Positions 1 through 13,827 of a stretch of 64,000 nucleotides of DNA are shown here, in pieces. Origin of the DNA: Paraspadella gotoi (taxonomy: Eukaryota > Animalia > Chaetognatha); assembly GCA_051294375.1 (NCBI GenBank), contig CM119268.1:4144404-4208403 (forward strand), read 5' to 3'. Position 1 is the first letter of the stretch, and every line of letters begins with the position of its first letter. The notes beneath the pieces are model-generated. The model was given only the letters and a program-made list of their open reading frames with translations, searched no databases and was not told the origin of the DNA. A program made the position numbers and the translations under genes.

Positions 1-1628
1 GTCGCGCAAAAGACGTGCAGAGAGATCCAAGCCTTTCTTTTGGATAAAAATAAAAAAAAACTAGCAAATTTTTTTGGTTGATTATATAATACTAATATAT
101 ATATATCATAGCCTAGACTCCAATAGCATGATGTAATAATGTTAATTTTTTAAAAGTTTTTTTTTTTTAAATATAAAAAATTCCCAATAAATATGTTTTG
201 AAAATTCTGGATTGAGTTGTAGTCTAATTACCGTTTAAAACGTATGTATGTTTGCCATNNNNNNNNNNNNNNNNNNNNNNNNNNNNNNNNNNNNNNNNNN
301 NNNNNNNNNNNNNNNNNNNNNNNNNNNNNNNNNNNNNNNNNNNNNNNNNNNNNNNNNNNNNNNNNNNNNNNNNNNNNNNNNNNNNNNNNNNNNNNNNNNN
401 NNNNNNNNNNNNNNNNNNNNNNNNNNNNNNNNNNNNNNNNNNNNNNNNNNNNNNNNNNNNNNNNNNNNNNNNNNNNNNNNNNNNNNNNNNNNNNNNNNNN
501 NNNNNNNNNNNNNNNNNNNNNNNNNNTTTTTCGCGCCGTTTCCCTCCCGTCCTTATATGTCGTCGGCGGCTCGGGCGGCTCCAGCTGGAACCCATTACCA
601 TTACCATAAATTGGGGTTAACCAAACTTAAACACGCGAGATGCCACCCATAAACCAGAACCGAGATCGTTTCAGACGATGGATTTCGCGAGGAGAGATAA
701 TTTTGATGCAAAAGTCTTATTTTATTCATGTCAATGTCATGACATGTCATTATAATGTATCACAGAAAAAATAAAGTCCACATAGGAATTACCGTTCTTG
801 TTTTTTTAATTTTATTTTCAAAAAAGAATTATGGACTTATGAAGTTTATTTTTCAAATGGAAAAAAAATTATTTTTTAAGCTCGGCTTTGAATCCATTTT
901 GTTTATTTGACCTTTTATGTTAATATTATTCGGATTGTATTGAAGGATACAAGAATTAAATTGAGAGTATGCGATTATTTCATTAAGAGTAGAAATTTAA
1001 ATTTAATTGTACATGAGTATTTTTTTTCTCAATTCCACCAATTTTTTTTTTATATAATAACAAAACGATATACAACACAATAAAAAAAAGTAACGAAATC
1101 GATAACACCGTAAAAGAAATCATGGAACCCCGGTAAACAAATAAAATACTACAAAGATCCAAAAATAAAAAAAACCAACTAACATCAATAACAATATAAC
1201 ACTACTGGAATGTTATAAAATGTTTAAAAACGAAAATTTTTTATTCATGAAATCATTAATAAACGTCATGAACTAATTCATGAGTAAAAACATTAAAACG
1301 TTTCTCCATATTATATAAGCCGTCGCTTTGAGCTTTTATCGTCGTTCTCACAATTTGCATCAAGTTTTTAACTAATTTAATCCTGATTCGATGCGGGATT
1401 TTGGAGTCACGACGATAACAATAACAACAACCAAATACTCGGGGTTTTTTTTGTCCGGTTTAAATGTAAAGAAAAACAAACTAATTTCCAAGAGTACGAA
1501 ATACTTATCACGTTATCATTTTAACTAGAAAAAGCAATTATATACTTTTAATTCATTTGGAAAAAGATCGCTTGTCCCTATGAGGAAGTTTTCCAAGAAA
1601 ATGATAACCTGGCCGTGACATAAATCAA

Positions 1629-1668
<40 letters not shown>

Positions 1669-2117
1669 ATCCTTAATGAAGATGACAACTTGGAAAAACA
1701 TAAACCAAGAGAAGCAGAGGAGAGAGATACTAATTCCTTTGTGATTAATTCAACAATTAAAAACAAAAAGTTTGAACAAAAAATGTCGGATCTGCCCACG
1801 ATTCAAGTTAATTAATTAATTAATTAGGTTAATTAATGGATTTGATCCAAAATGTTTGTTTTGATTGATTAATTGACTGATTAATTAATTATTGATTAAT
1901 TAAATACTTCTTGCATTTACAGTTAATATAAAAAGAAAAAAGAAGCGATAAACAAATAAGTGAAACAGGTTTTTTGTTTTTTTTCCATTTAAAACTCATT
2001 CACTTTAACGATTCCATCGAAACTTCATATCCCAACTCAATCATACATTTTTCCTCCACACACAAAATTTCATTCCAATCCATCTATCCAATCACGAGTA
2101 ATTGGAGTATAATCTAA

Positions 2118-2290
2118 GGGGGTACGGACGAGACGGAAGGACGGACACCAATTTTTTTTGCATAATTTCATAATTTTGGTTCTGGAGATGATCAAGTGAA
2201 TGACCAACAGATTGGGGGGTGGACAGACGGGACCCGACAAAGTAAATTATAGAGTCGGAATCTGCGATATGCAGATCCGACTAAAAAAAT
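2118..2290 (+). mobile_element. DINE-1/HINE-like (Helentron-associated) element end; inverted copy ~8278-8462
   Basis: (GACG/GACA)n tetramer runs followed by TATAG, the stem-loop AGTCGG(A)ATCTGC..GCAGATCCGACT and an A run. Related ends at ~25210-25310 and ~47655-47730. Confidence 0.45.
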
Positions 2291-3077
2291 TAAAAAAACA
2301 AAAGGCTGTCAGGCGTGTTTAAAGCGGGGCACGTGTTTCGCTCAAAAAAACGCGTTTCTTTGTATTTTTTTGTTTTGTTTTTTTTGTTTTTGGTTTTTTT
2401 AAATTAAGTTGGTAAGAGTTTTGTACTGATAATTCGAAGATAATTTAAAAAGAAACATAAACAAATGTTTATGTAAACAAGTTTGAGCAAAACGGCTCTC
2501 TTTTCCCAGAATGCCATATTTCTGTAAACTTTTTCCCGGAATTTACTTTTAACCTTAGTATAGATCACCAAAGTATAATTGTAAAATTTTATAATCTAAT
2601 TCCCAAACCGCTATTCTTAATAGCTTTTAACCTAACCTTGAACCCTATAACTTTTTTGCTATTTCTAACCGCTACATACATCCTAACCCTAACCTACCTA
2701 ATTCTACTACGACATATATATATATATTATATTAACTTAATTATCTGCTAACTAAATTATCTCTAACTAAAAATTATCTCTAACTAAATTATTTCTAACT
2801 AATTATCTCAACTTAATTATCTCTAACTTAATTATTATTAATTATTATCCTTAATTACCAACCTAATCTTAACCTAATCCATAAGCTTTTCCCCGAACGT
2901 AATCTTGGACTTGAAAAATTAATCTAATTCCGAATTTAAGTTAAATGGGCGTTTTTGGAAAATAAGGTCCAATTTTCTATGATATTCTGCATACAAATTT
3001 TGTTCTTATTATGACGGTGAATGCAATTTAGCGTCACGAGCTAAGGGTTGGGTCGAGACGAGGATTTATGTGCGAAG

Positions 3078-3115
<38 letters not shown>

Positions 3116-4513
3116 GAGAGAGAGAGAGGAGAGTAGTTACGCAAAATAATCCATGCATGTAATTATTTATTTGTGTTTCTGTTTGTTTTTTGCTTACTTT
3201 ATGGAAATCGTTTCAGGTAAGACAATATTCTATTTATGTGTTTGTGACAAACAAGTCTGAACATGAAAAATCCGGATGGGAGGTTTGAAAGAAAGAAAAA
3301 AAAGAAAAGAAAAAAACGAAAAGAAAATGGAAGACAAAGAAAAAAGGCAAAAATAAGCAAAAAAAAAATATACAGAAATAAAGAAAGAAAGTAACAAAGA
3401 AAACAAAAGCAACAAAGAAGCAAAGAAATAAAGATACAGAGAAAGAAAGAAAAGAAAGAAAAGAAAAGAAAGAAAAGAAAGAAAAGAAAAGAAAAGAAGA
3501 AGAAAAGAAAGAAAGAAAAGAAAAAAGAAAAGAAAAGAAAGAAAAGAAAAAAAATGAAAATAAAAGAAAGAGAGACAATGACGCGCCAAAAAGCTTGTTC
3601 TCCCATTCAGCCCCGACGTATCGCCAGAGAGAAAAAAAAAGTATTCTTTGAATGGAGTCCTGCCCCTAGAAGCCCAGAGGTCAGAAACACACACACACAC
3701 ACACTCAGACACACACACAAAACCCGAACTTTTCGCTGCGATTTTTTTCCCCTTTTCCCTTTTTTTTTCCTCCACCAAGTCTTTCACAAAAAGGGTCACA
3801 TTTTCTTGAGGCCCTTAATTCCTTTTTCTGCCCAAGTCTTCCGCCAAAAGAAAAACTTCTTATTTTCTCCGCGTCTTTAATTTTTTTTTTTCTTTAAGGG
3901 TTTTGATATTTATTCGAGCGAGGTTTTATACGTCTTAAAAAATATTGTTTTATTTCACTAAAATGTTTAAAGATGTAAAGTTCTCATATTGTTGGTTATT
4001 AGGGTTTCTAGGGGTACTACTTTTCATTTATAAGCAAAGCAAAAAAAGGTAATTTGCAATATCTTCCTTTTTTCTCTCCTTATTCTCTTTTAGCCAAACG
4101 AACATATAATCATAATGTTTCCCTTAAAACTTAAATTCATCTCGTATTCTTTTTCTTCCCACTTTCTTTCTCGTTTTCCCCTCATCTGTATGAGCGCCGA
4201 GACATTTACTGCCGGATGTGAAAATATTGTAAATGTAGGCAGAGAGCTTTTTAGTCTTTTAAAGCGCCGCCCTAACAGTTACTATGATGACTTTAACAAT
4301 GATCGAGAGGCCGAAAGCTATGGAGATTTTCTACTTTTTTTTTTTTTTTGAATCATTGAATTAAATGTTATTCGTAAAACGTAATGGAACGAGTTTGATT
4401 GGAGCTGGAAAGAAAAGGTGTTTGAGTGATTGTTGGGAGGAAAATAAACAATAAAAAAAGAAGAAAGAAAAGAAAGAAAGAAAGAAAGAGAAAGAAAGAA
4501 AGAAAGAAAGAAA

Positions 4514-4558
<45 letters not shown>

Positions 4559-5597
4559 AAAAGAAAGAGATAGAAAAATGGAAGAAGAAAACGAAAGAAA
4601 CCAAAGAATCAAAGATAAAAAAGAAACACAGAAAACAAAGAAGAAAGAAATCAAGAGGTCAAAGGAATCGAGTCTCCAGACGGAGAGTGACTTTCCCCGT
4701 TGCGATGAGAAACCAAAATCGCTTCATGATTACTCTCTCTCCTTCGCTCATACTCCCCCCTCGAGCCTCTACATCACTATTAGTACATTTGACCCCCCCT
4801 CCCCGCCATACTAACTTCTAAGATGTAACGTTATATATTCTTTCCCGCTTACTCACTCTGTCTCTCCTCTTCCGATTTCTTCCAACTCCCCCTCCCGCCC
4901 CCCGACCCTCTCCNNNNNNNNNNNNNNNNNNNNNNNNNGCGAAGGAGAGAGTAATCATGAAGCGATTTTGGTTTCTCATCGCAAACGGGGAAAGTCATCT
5001 CCGTCTGGAGACTCGATTCCTTTTGACTCTGTCTCTCTTTAAAATTTAAAAAGGAAGAGAAAGAAAGAAAATAAAGAAAGAAAAAAGAAAGAAAGAAAGA
5101 CAAGAAAAGAAAGAAAGAAAAGAAAGAAAGAAAAGAAAGAAAGAAAGAAAGAAAGAAAAAAGAAAAAAGAAAGAAAGAAAGAAAGAAAAGAAAGAAAGAA
5201 AGAAAAGAAAGAAAGAAAAATGGAAAGAAAACGAAAGAAACAAAGAATCAAAGATAAAAAAGAAAACAGAAAACAAAGAAATAAGAAAGAAATCAAAGAG
5301 AGACAGAGTCAAAGGAATCGAGTCTCCAGACGGAGATGACTTTCCCCGTTTGCGATGAGAAACCAAAATCGCTTCATGATTACTCTCTCCTTCGCTAACT
5401 TACTCCCCCTCGAGCCTCTACATCACTATTAGTACATTTGACCCCCTCCCCGCCATACTAACTTCTAAGATGTAACGTTATAATTCTTTCCGCCTATCAC
5501 TCACCGTTCTCTCCTCTTCCGATTTCTTCCACCTCCCCCTCCCGCCCCCCGACCCTCTCCCGAAATCCATCGTCTGAAACGATCTCGGTTCTGGTTT

Positions 5598-5787
5598 ATG
5601 GGTGGCATTCTCGCGTGTTTAAGTTTGGTTAACCCAATTTATGGTAATGGTAATGGGTTCCAGCTGGAGCCGCCCGAGCCGCCGACGACATATAAGGACG
5701 GAGGGGAAACGGCGCGAAAAAAGAGTGGCAAACGGGACGGCAATGACGAGAAAACGCTGGCATTGCCGGTCCAAACGGCGCCGGGGG
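5598..5787 (+). CDS. Possible signal-peptide/Ig N-terminal exon (inverted copy at 527-690 on -)
   Basis: (FWF)MGGILACLSLVNPIYG then FQLEPPEPPTTYKDGGETAR, resembling an Ig A/A' strand 'FxxEP....GETA'. GC-rich island. No Cys seen as assembled. Confidence 0.3.
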
Positions 5788-5841
5788 TGTGGCGAGTGAA
5801 ATGGCAAAGAGACTCGCGGGATCGATGGGAAAACAGATGGC

Positions 5842-5931
<90 letters not shown>

Positions 5932-7462
5932 TCATTGCAAAAGAAAGTCTCCCAGTATATAACGGTGATAGACAGACGCGGCGTCTATTTTACCCCCTCC
6001 TTTTCTGCACTTCACCTCCTCTTTTCATCGCTCTCGCCAGGGTTTCGGGGCCGCGGTTCACGAGATTCAGCTTCACCTTCCTTCGTCTTCTGCCTACTGA
6101 CTCTCTCCTTTTTTACCCCTTCTTTTTGTCTTCGTATCTCTCTTCTNNNNNNNNNNNNNNNNNNNNNNNNNTTGTTTTATTTTCCTCCCAACAATCACTC
6201 AAACCCTTTTCTTTCCAGCTCCAATCAAACTCGTTCCATTACGTTTTACGAATAACATTTAATTTCAATGATTCGGAAGAAAAAAAAAGTAGAAAATCTC
6301 CATAGCTTTCGGCCTCTCGATCATTGTTAAAGTCATAGTAACTGTTAGGGCGGCGCTTTTCAAGACTAAAAAGCTCTCTGCCTACATTTACAATATTTTC
6401 ACATCCGGCAGTAAATGTCTCGTCGCTCATACAGATGAGGGGAAAACGAGAAAGAAAGTGGGAAGAAAAAGAATACGAGATGAATTTAAGTTTTAAGGGA
6501 AACATTATGATTATATGTTCGTTGGCTAAAGAGAATAAGGAGAGAAAAAAGGAAGGAAAAATATATTTGCAAATTACCTTTTTTTGCTTTGCTTATAAAT
6601 GAAAAGTAGTACCCCTAGAAACCCTAAGTAACCAACAATATGAGAACTTTACATCTTTAAACATTTTAGTGAAATAAAACAATATTTTTTAAGACGTATA
6701 AAACCTCGCTCGAATAAATATCAAAAACCTTAAAGAAAAAAAAAGAATTAAAAAACGCGGAGAAAATAAGAAGTTTTTCTTTGGCGGAAGACTTGGGCAG
6801 AAAAAGGAATTAAGGGCCTCAAGAAAATGTGACCCTTTTGTGAAAGACTTGGTTGGAGGAAAAAAAAAAGGGAAAAGGGGAAAAAAATCGCAGCGAAAGT
6901 TCGGCGTTTTGTGTGTGTGTCTGAGTGTGTGTGTGTGTGTGTTTCTGACCTCTGGGCTTCTAGGGGCAGGACTCCATTCAAAGAATACTTTTTTTTTCTC
7001 TCTGGCGATACGTCGGGGCTGAATGGGAGAACAAGCTTTTTGGCGCGTCATTGTCTCTCTTTCTTTTATTTTCATTTTTTTTCTTTTCTTTCTTTTCTTT
7101 TCTTTTCTTTTCTTTTCTTTTCTTTTCTTTTCTTTTCTTTTCTTTTCTTTCTTTTCTTTCTTTCTCTGTATCTTTATTTCTTTGCTTCTTTGTTGCTTTT
7201 GTTTCTTTGTTACTTTCTTTCTTTATTTCTTTTTTTGCTTATTTCTTGCCTTTTTTCTTTGTCTTCCATTTTCTTTTCGTTTTTTTCTTTTCTTTTTTTT
7301 CTTTCTTTCAAACCTCCCATCCGGATTTTTCATGTCAGACTTGTTTGTCACAAACACATAAATAAGAATATTGTCTTACCTGGTAACGATTTCCATAAAG
7401 TAAGCAAAAAACAAACAGAAACACAAATAATAATTACATGCATGGATTATTTTGCGTAACTA

Positions 7463-7504
<42 letters not shown>

Positions 7505-8904
7505 TCGCACATAAATCCTCGGTCTCGACCAACCCTTAGCTCGTGACGCTAAATTGCATTCACCGTCATAATAAGAACAAAATTTGTATGCAGAATATCA
7601 TAGAAAATTGGACCTTATTTTCCAAAAACGCCCACTTAACTTAAATTCGGAATTAGATTAATTTTTCAAGTCCAAGATTACGTTCGGGGAAAAGCTTATG
7701 GATTAGGTTAGAGATTAGGTTGGTAATTAAGGATAATAATTAATAATAATTAAGTTAGAGATAATTAAGTTAGAGATAATTTAGTTAGAAATAATTTAGT
7801 TAGAGATAATTTAGTTAGAGATAATTTAGTTAGAGATAATTAAGTTAGAGTTAATAATAATTAAGTTAGAGATCTGGTAGTGATTAGGGTTAGGGTTAGG
7901 GAGTAGGGTTAGAAATAGCAAAAAAAGTATAGGGTTCAAGGTTAGGTTAAAGCTTAAGAATAGGGTTTGGGATTAGATTATAAATTTTACAATATACTTT
8001 GGTTATATACTAAAGTTAAAAGTAAATTCCGGGAAAAAGTTACAGAAATATGGCATTCTGGGAAAAGAGAGCCGTTTGCTAAAACTTGTTTACATAAACA
8101 TTTGTTTATGTTTCTTTTTAAATTATCTTCGAATTATTCATTACAAACTCTTTACCAACTAATTTAAAAAAACCAAAAACAAAAAACAAAACAAAAAAAT
8201 ACAAAAGAAACGCGGTTTTTTTGAGCGAAACACGTGCCCCGCTTTAAACACGCCTTGACAGCCTTTTTTTTTTTTTAAATTTTTAGTCGGATCTGCATAT
8301 CGCAGATTCCGACTCTATAATTCACTTTGTCGGTCCGTCTGTCCACCCCCCAATCTTGTTGGTCATTCACTTAGATCATCTCAGAACCTCAAATTATGAT
8401 AAATTATGCAAAAAAAATGGTGTCCGTCCTTCCGTCCGTCCGTCCATCCGTCCGTACCCCCTTAGATTATACTCCAATTACTCGTGATTGGATAGATGGA
8501 TTGGAATGAAATTTTGTGTGTGGGTAGGAAAGTGTATGATTGAGTTGGATATGAAGTTTCGATGGAATCGTTTAAGTGGAAATGAGTTTAAATGGAAAAA
8601 AAACAAAAAACCTGTTTCACTTATTGTTTACAGTTCTTTTTTCTTTTTATATTAACTGTAAATGCAAGAAGTATTAATTAATCAATAATTAATTAATCAG
8701 TCAATTAATCAATCAAAACAAACATTTTGGATCAAATCCATTAATTACCTAATTAATTAATTAATTAATTAACTTGATCGTGGGCAGATCCGACATTTTT
8801 TGTTCAAACTTGTTTGTTTAAATGTTGAATTAATCACAAAGGAATTAGTATCTCTCTCCTCTGCTTCTCTTGGTTTATGTTTTTCCAAGTTGTCATCTTC
8901 ATTA

Positions 8905-8945
<41 letters not shown>

Positions 8946-10064
8946 GATTTATGCCGGCTAGGTTATCATTTTCTTGGAAAACTTCCTCATAGGGACAAGC
9001 GATCTTTTTCCAAATGAATTAAAAGTATATAATTGCTTTTCTAGTTAAAATGATAACGTGATAAGTATTTCGTACTCTTGGAAATTAGTTTGTTTTTCTT
9101 TACATTTAAACCGGACAAAAAAAAACCCGAGTTTTTGGTTGTTGTTATTGTTATCGTCGTGACTCCAAAATCCCGCATCGAATCAGGAATTAAATTAGTT
9201 AAAAACTTGATGCAAATTGTGAGAACGACGATAAAAGCTCAAAGCGACGGCTTATATAATATGGAGAAACGTTTTAATGTTTTTTACTCATGAATTAGTT
9301 CATGACGTTTATTAATGATTTCATGAATAAAATTTTTTTTTCGTTTTTAACATTTTATAACATTCCAGTAGTGTTATATGTTATTGATGTTAGTGGTTTT
9401 GTTATATTTTTGTGATCTTTGTAGTATTTATTTGTTTACCGGGTTCCATATTTTTTACGGTGTTATCGATTTCGGTACTGTTTTTTATTGTGTTGATATC
9501 GTTTTTGTTATTAATAAAAAAAAAAATTGGTGGAATTGAGAAAAAACAAATACTCATGACAATTAATTAATTTCTTAATGAAATAATCAATACCTTAATC
9601 TTAATTCTCCTCCCAATAATAATCCGAATAAATATTAACATAAAATGTCAAATAAAAAAAATTGGATTCAAACCAAGTTAAATTTTTTTTTTCCATTTGA
9701 AAATAAACTTCATAAGTCGATAATTCTTTTTGAAACTAAAAATAAAAAAACAAGAACGGTAATTCCTATGTGACTTTATTTTTACGTGATCACATGATAT
9801 GACATGTCATGACATAACATGACTAAAAAGATTTTTTGTCCGTGTATTTATGACATGCACTGCATCAAAATTCCGTCTTTTTATCTTCATAATTATTGTT
9901 TTACTCCTTTTTCTTCCCACTCATCAGTCGTTAAACATTAAACAAAATCCGTCGTGATATAAATTTCTATACTACAATATAAAAGCGAACGCTCTTTTTA
10001 GAAGAACTCCTCTTACGAACACAAGAATACATAAGGCGCCATCCGTTGCTCTTTTATTTCTAAA

Positions 10065-11723
10065 ATGAAATTCCCATCGGCCTCGCTTTGTCTCTTCGCC
10101 GCCGCTTCCGTGTCGCTGGCGTCTCCGAATTGCGTCAACGACAAAAAAGATAAAACATCATCGAGCAACTGCACCAGCGACATCCACCTGCCATCGATGG
10201 AGGTCAACTTTTACAATTATTCCTCAACGAGCGAAAACTTCACTCTGTCTCAACATTCAGAGAATCAATGCGAGGAGAAGTTAGTTTGGAAACTCGCGTT
10301 GATCAAACGAATCTTGATCGACAATTCGACGAAGACTCATTATCTACGAATTTCGATCGATACGAACGACGCGGACTCGAACGGCCGTACAGAAAAACTG
10401 GTTATGGTGACCCAAAATTGTCCGGACGTTAAACATTTCGATGCGTCAATGAAAATTCAAAAGAGTTACGCGTACAAAACTTTTTCTGAAAGGGCGACGT
10501 TTTCTCTGTCAAAACGATCGGAACCCGAACTGGCGAATGGCAATTGGTTCGTCGCCATCTACGCCAAGAGGAACTTTTCAGATTCCAACGAGACTTTTCG
10601 CCTGGACATCTCGATTAGTCACTTTAGATCCAGTTACGGGATCATGTTTTTATTTCCTCTTCTCACGGGGACCCTTATGACTCTAATCTACCAAGTCACG
10701 TTTTGTAGCTTGACTCGGTCCGCCCGAGATAACATCTTGAATAATGAAAACTACGGAAAGACTTCGATAATCAAGAGAATTCGCGATGTCTCCAAATTGG
10801 AATTGAACGCCTTCCTTCCTTTAACGATATTATGAAACATAGTCTTCGGCATCCCAGCCTTTCAATCCGTTTGGGCTAATTATTTTCTCTCCCAGTCCAC
10901 GGGAAATAAAGACATTTGCTTCTTCAACGACAAATGCTATTCTCCTTCCTACTGGATGCCGGTAGACATTCCCGACAATGCAATCTCTTCCAACGTACCC
11001 TTCATGGTACACGGGATGTGTCTCCTTCTCCAGCTGGTCTGTATGCAGCAAAGGTGCTACAAAATGAACCACCTCACCTACTTTGATTACGGCACGAGTC
11101 AAGCCGTCGCCTTCTCCATCGTTTCCGTGGGAATCTTCTCAATGATTTATCACATTTGTCCGTCGAAGACTCTCTTCCACTTGGACAAAAACGGAATATT
11201 CTTTCTCGCCACGCTCGTAATTGCGTCCGTGTTCCGAGGCTGGACTCCCAGCGTCGAGGACGGCAACTTGGAGATTCGACTCAAAGGCCAAGATACGGAG
11301 CTCGAGGAAATTCTTCGTTTGGTCTCCGACGTCCGATCCAAAAACGACGACTCGAGAAAATCTGGAAAAGCGATGAGGCCTTCCTCGGTCTTCTTGGGAA
11401 TTCTTTGTCCCTTGATCATCTTCAACTTTCTCGGATCGGCGATCGACATCGATCATTACGAGACGTTCAGTCTGCCTGAAGAAATTTTGGAAAATGCGGT
11501 GTATATAAAGATTTCGACGAGTTTGGTCTTTCTGATTTGGTTCGTCATTCTCATTGGTTGGAGCGCGAGAAGGAACGGATTTTATTTATCTGGATGTAAA
11601 AAGTTGTGTCGGCCGAAGAGAGAGATGAGAATAAATGATGATGACGATGACGATGACAAAGAAAGTCAAATGATTCATACGAAATTCCGCACCTTTGCTA
11701 CGTCGCGGTCATTGTGGCAATAG
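10065..11723 (+). CDS. SID1: SID-1/SIDT family transmembrane protein (CREST superfamily), exon 1; contains in-frame TGA at 10833-10835 and needs a frameshift near its 3' end
   Basis: ORFs 10065..10835 and 10956..11723 share one frame. Reading through the TGA gives IVFGIPAFQSVWANY..STGNKDICFFNDKC..NAISSNVPF, matching SIDT 'FYALPVVQLV..TGNQDICYYNFLC..NNILSNLGY'. GIFSMIYHICPSKTLFHLD matches 'GxLSACYHVCPNxxNFQFD'. N-terminal signal peptide present. GT donor at 11724. Confidence 0.88.
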
Positions 11724-11807
11724 GTTACATTCAATTTTATAATTAATGTTCATTATAATAAAAGTATAACTTTACATCTGTTTTTTTTATCAGTTCCATT
11801 CCGCCTG

Positions 11808-11864
<57 letters not shown>

Positions 11865-11921
11865 GTCTCACTCTCTCTCTCCTCTTCTCTCTCTCTCATC
11901 ATCTCTCTCTCTCTCTCTCAG

Positions 11922-12201
11922 GCTTTCCTAATCGCCGTCAGCTTCGCCACAGAATTGTTGGAGACTTCCCATCGATCTTCATGGACGCCGTCATCGGCGT
12001 CGCCATCTTAACCTTGTTCGCGGGCGAGATTCGCCATTGCCGCATCTTCTACAAGATCCACGGAAAGAGTCAAAGAACCGGCGCCTTTTTTGGCGCCATT
12101 TTCCTTTATTATCTTGTTTTCGGCGTCTTTTCTGCGGGCGCTATTTATTTTTTCGGCTACGAGGGATCATCGCACAAGAACGATTTGCCGGCCCAATTCA
12201 G
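11922..12201 (+). CDS. SID1: SID-1 family gene, exon 2
   Basis: (CT)n tract then CAG acceptor at 11920-11921. Encodes GDFPSIFMDAVIG (SIDT 'DFASYLLAI'), hydrophobic helices and KNDLPAQFR (SIDT 'TPAESR'). Phase-2 donor AG|GTTGGT. Confidence 0.8.
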
Positions 12202-12677
12202 GTTGGTGGTTTGGGAACCGATTTTGTTGTTGTTGTTATGGGGATTTTTTTTTTTAGTCAACGATAGATGAGATTAGCTTGTCGTTGTATATTTAATCCG
12301 ATTATGTTGATTAAGACATTAACAAAAAAAAACAAAAAAAAACATTGCGGAAAATAGATCAGAATGCGGGATTGGTTAGCATGACCCAGACAGATTTCCG
12401 GAACAGAAAGATAATATTTGAATTGATTTTTTTTCAGTGACCAAAAATTTCAAATTTAAAGTTTTACATTTCTGCGTTTGAAATTAAAGACCCAGAGTCT
12501 TGCTCATTTCCGGTAGGAGGCGAAGATTCGACATTATAAATAACAATATTACTCATTGCAGATTTGATTAAAATATTTCATCGCAAAGAATGAATTCTTT
12601 TAATAATTTCATAAAAAAATTTCAAACGAATGTCATTTTGTATAATTTTAATTGTAATCTCAATTCTCAAAATTAAG

Positions 12678-12787
12678 AAACCACAACAAAGACTGCGTAC
12701 TTCTCTCCTATTACGATTCTCACGATCTTTGGCATTTTCTCTCCTCTCACTGTCTGCTGCTCGCCGGATTGAGGGCCGCTACTCTGG
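12678..12787 (+). CDS. SID1: SID-1 family gene, exon 3 (HDxWH zinc motif)
   Basis: Not in the ORF track. A phase-2 acceptor continues R-NHNKDCVLLSYYDSHDLWHFLSSHCLLL, matching SIDT '[20 protein letters not shown]'. Donor CTGG|GTAAAA; if unspliced, the frame stops at TAA 12810. Confidence 0.85.
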
Positions 12788-12862
12788 GTAAAACGACTTG
12801 GAGGATTTAAAGTTTAAAAATGTTAGTTTAGAGTAGTTGATATATTTAATTTTATCTATCAG

Positions 12863-12957
12863 CTTTTCCCTGCCGAGCTTGTCGCTTGATGATGCTGACC
12901 ACAAATTCCCAAGGCAAAAAGAACCGGGTGGAAATGCGGAGGAATCCAAAGAAATAA
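12863..12957 (+). CDS. SID1: SID-1 family gene, probable terminal exon 4
   Basis: A 75-nt GT..CAG intron at 12788-12862 with compatible phase 1 gives AFPCRACRLMML...NPKK*. Splice logic only. Confidence 0.45.
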
Positions 12958-13791
12958 TTTGTGATGGAATCGTGATGAAATATATAATAATATGTGTTTT
13001 ATTAAAATGTTTGTACAATGTAAAAATATCTAAAAGTAACAGTTTTTTTTTTGAAGACAGTGAAATATGTTTTCTTAATGAATATTTTTACTGGTTTAAT
13101 GAGATGAATTTCTATACAAGGAATTGACGACGTAAATAAATCATTTTTCCCTTTAAAAATATCCCTCTGGTGACCTTCGTTCTCAACAGGCGTTCATTAT
13201 TCGATTTATGCCTGGCGCCTGCTTAAATCATCTTGGTCTGATTTCCTTTAAGTTCATTCGGATCAAGACTCAAAAGTTAGACGATCCAGGGGTGAAATAT
13301 TTCTATGAACTCTTGAGTAAAAAAATTGAGTGTTATTAATTAATTGATTAATTATAGATTTTTATTTTTTTGGTACGCAATGTTTTACGTATTAGAAAAC
13401 TCTCTGTTAACTCCCATTAACCAATATCTGAGATGACCTTTTCTTGGTCCTTTCACCGTTTTGCGTTCTGATTGTTTTCTTGCCACTTTCTTTCTGTATG
13501 ACATTTTTTACGAAGAGTTTAAACTTGTTGTCAAAGAATAAAACATATGTACATATTACTAACTCCTTAGTATATTTTATTTCAATTTTTAAGAATAAAT
13601 ATCTCAATTACACCGCCCCCTTTTTTTTTCTTTCTCGAAACCTCAAGATGTGTTTTTCTCTCGATCTCAACTAAATCGAGCGACGAAAAACTGAGAAAAC
13701 ATTTTTTTTCGGACGCGATGACAAATCGGATTCTGAGAAGTTGAAAATCCAACTGGCAAATCGAATGCGCTCTCTATCTCCATTCGCTAGG

Positions 13792-13827
<36 letters not shown>

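Larger units (their letters stand above)
699..9871. repeat. ~3.7-kb inverted duplication (699-4452 vs 6172-9871)
   Basis: Mirror-image ORFs in the track (e.g. 3554..3880+ / 6689..7075-, 4115..4351+ / 6239..6505-). Differences are mostly small indels. 25-N gaps lie at 4914-4938 and 6147-6171. Confidence 0.95.

Noticed and set aside
2625-2885. CCCTAA/TTAGGG-like repeats as a telomere (mirror copy at ~7700-7970)
   Set aside because: Only two or three perfect units, degenerate and internal, mixed with a 15-20-bp AT-rich repeat. More likely part of a repeat element.
699-9871. 3.7-kb inverted repeat as a giant transposon or real palindrome
   Set aside because: Differences are mostly homopolymer indels, the arms meet at 25-N gaps with further local duplications, and no TSD or transposase is seen. 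Most likely an assembly artefact.
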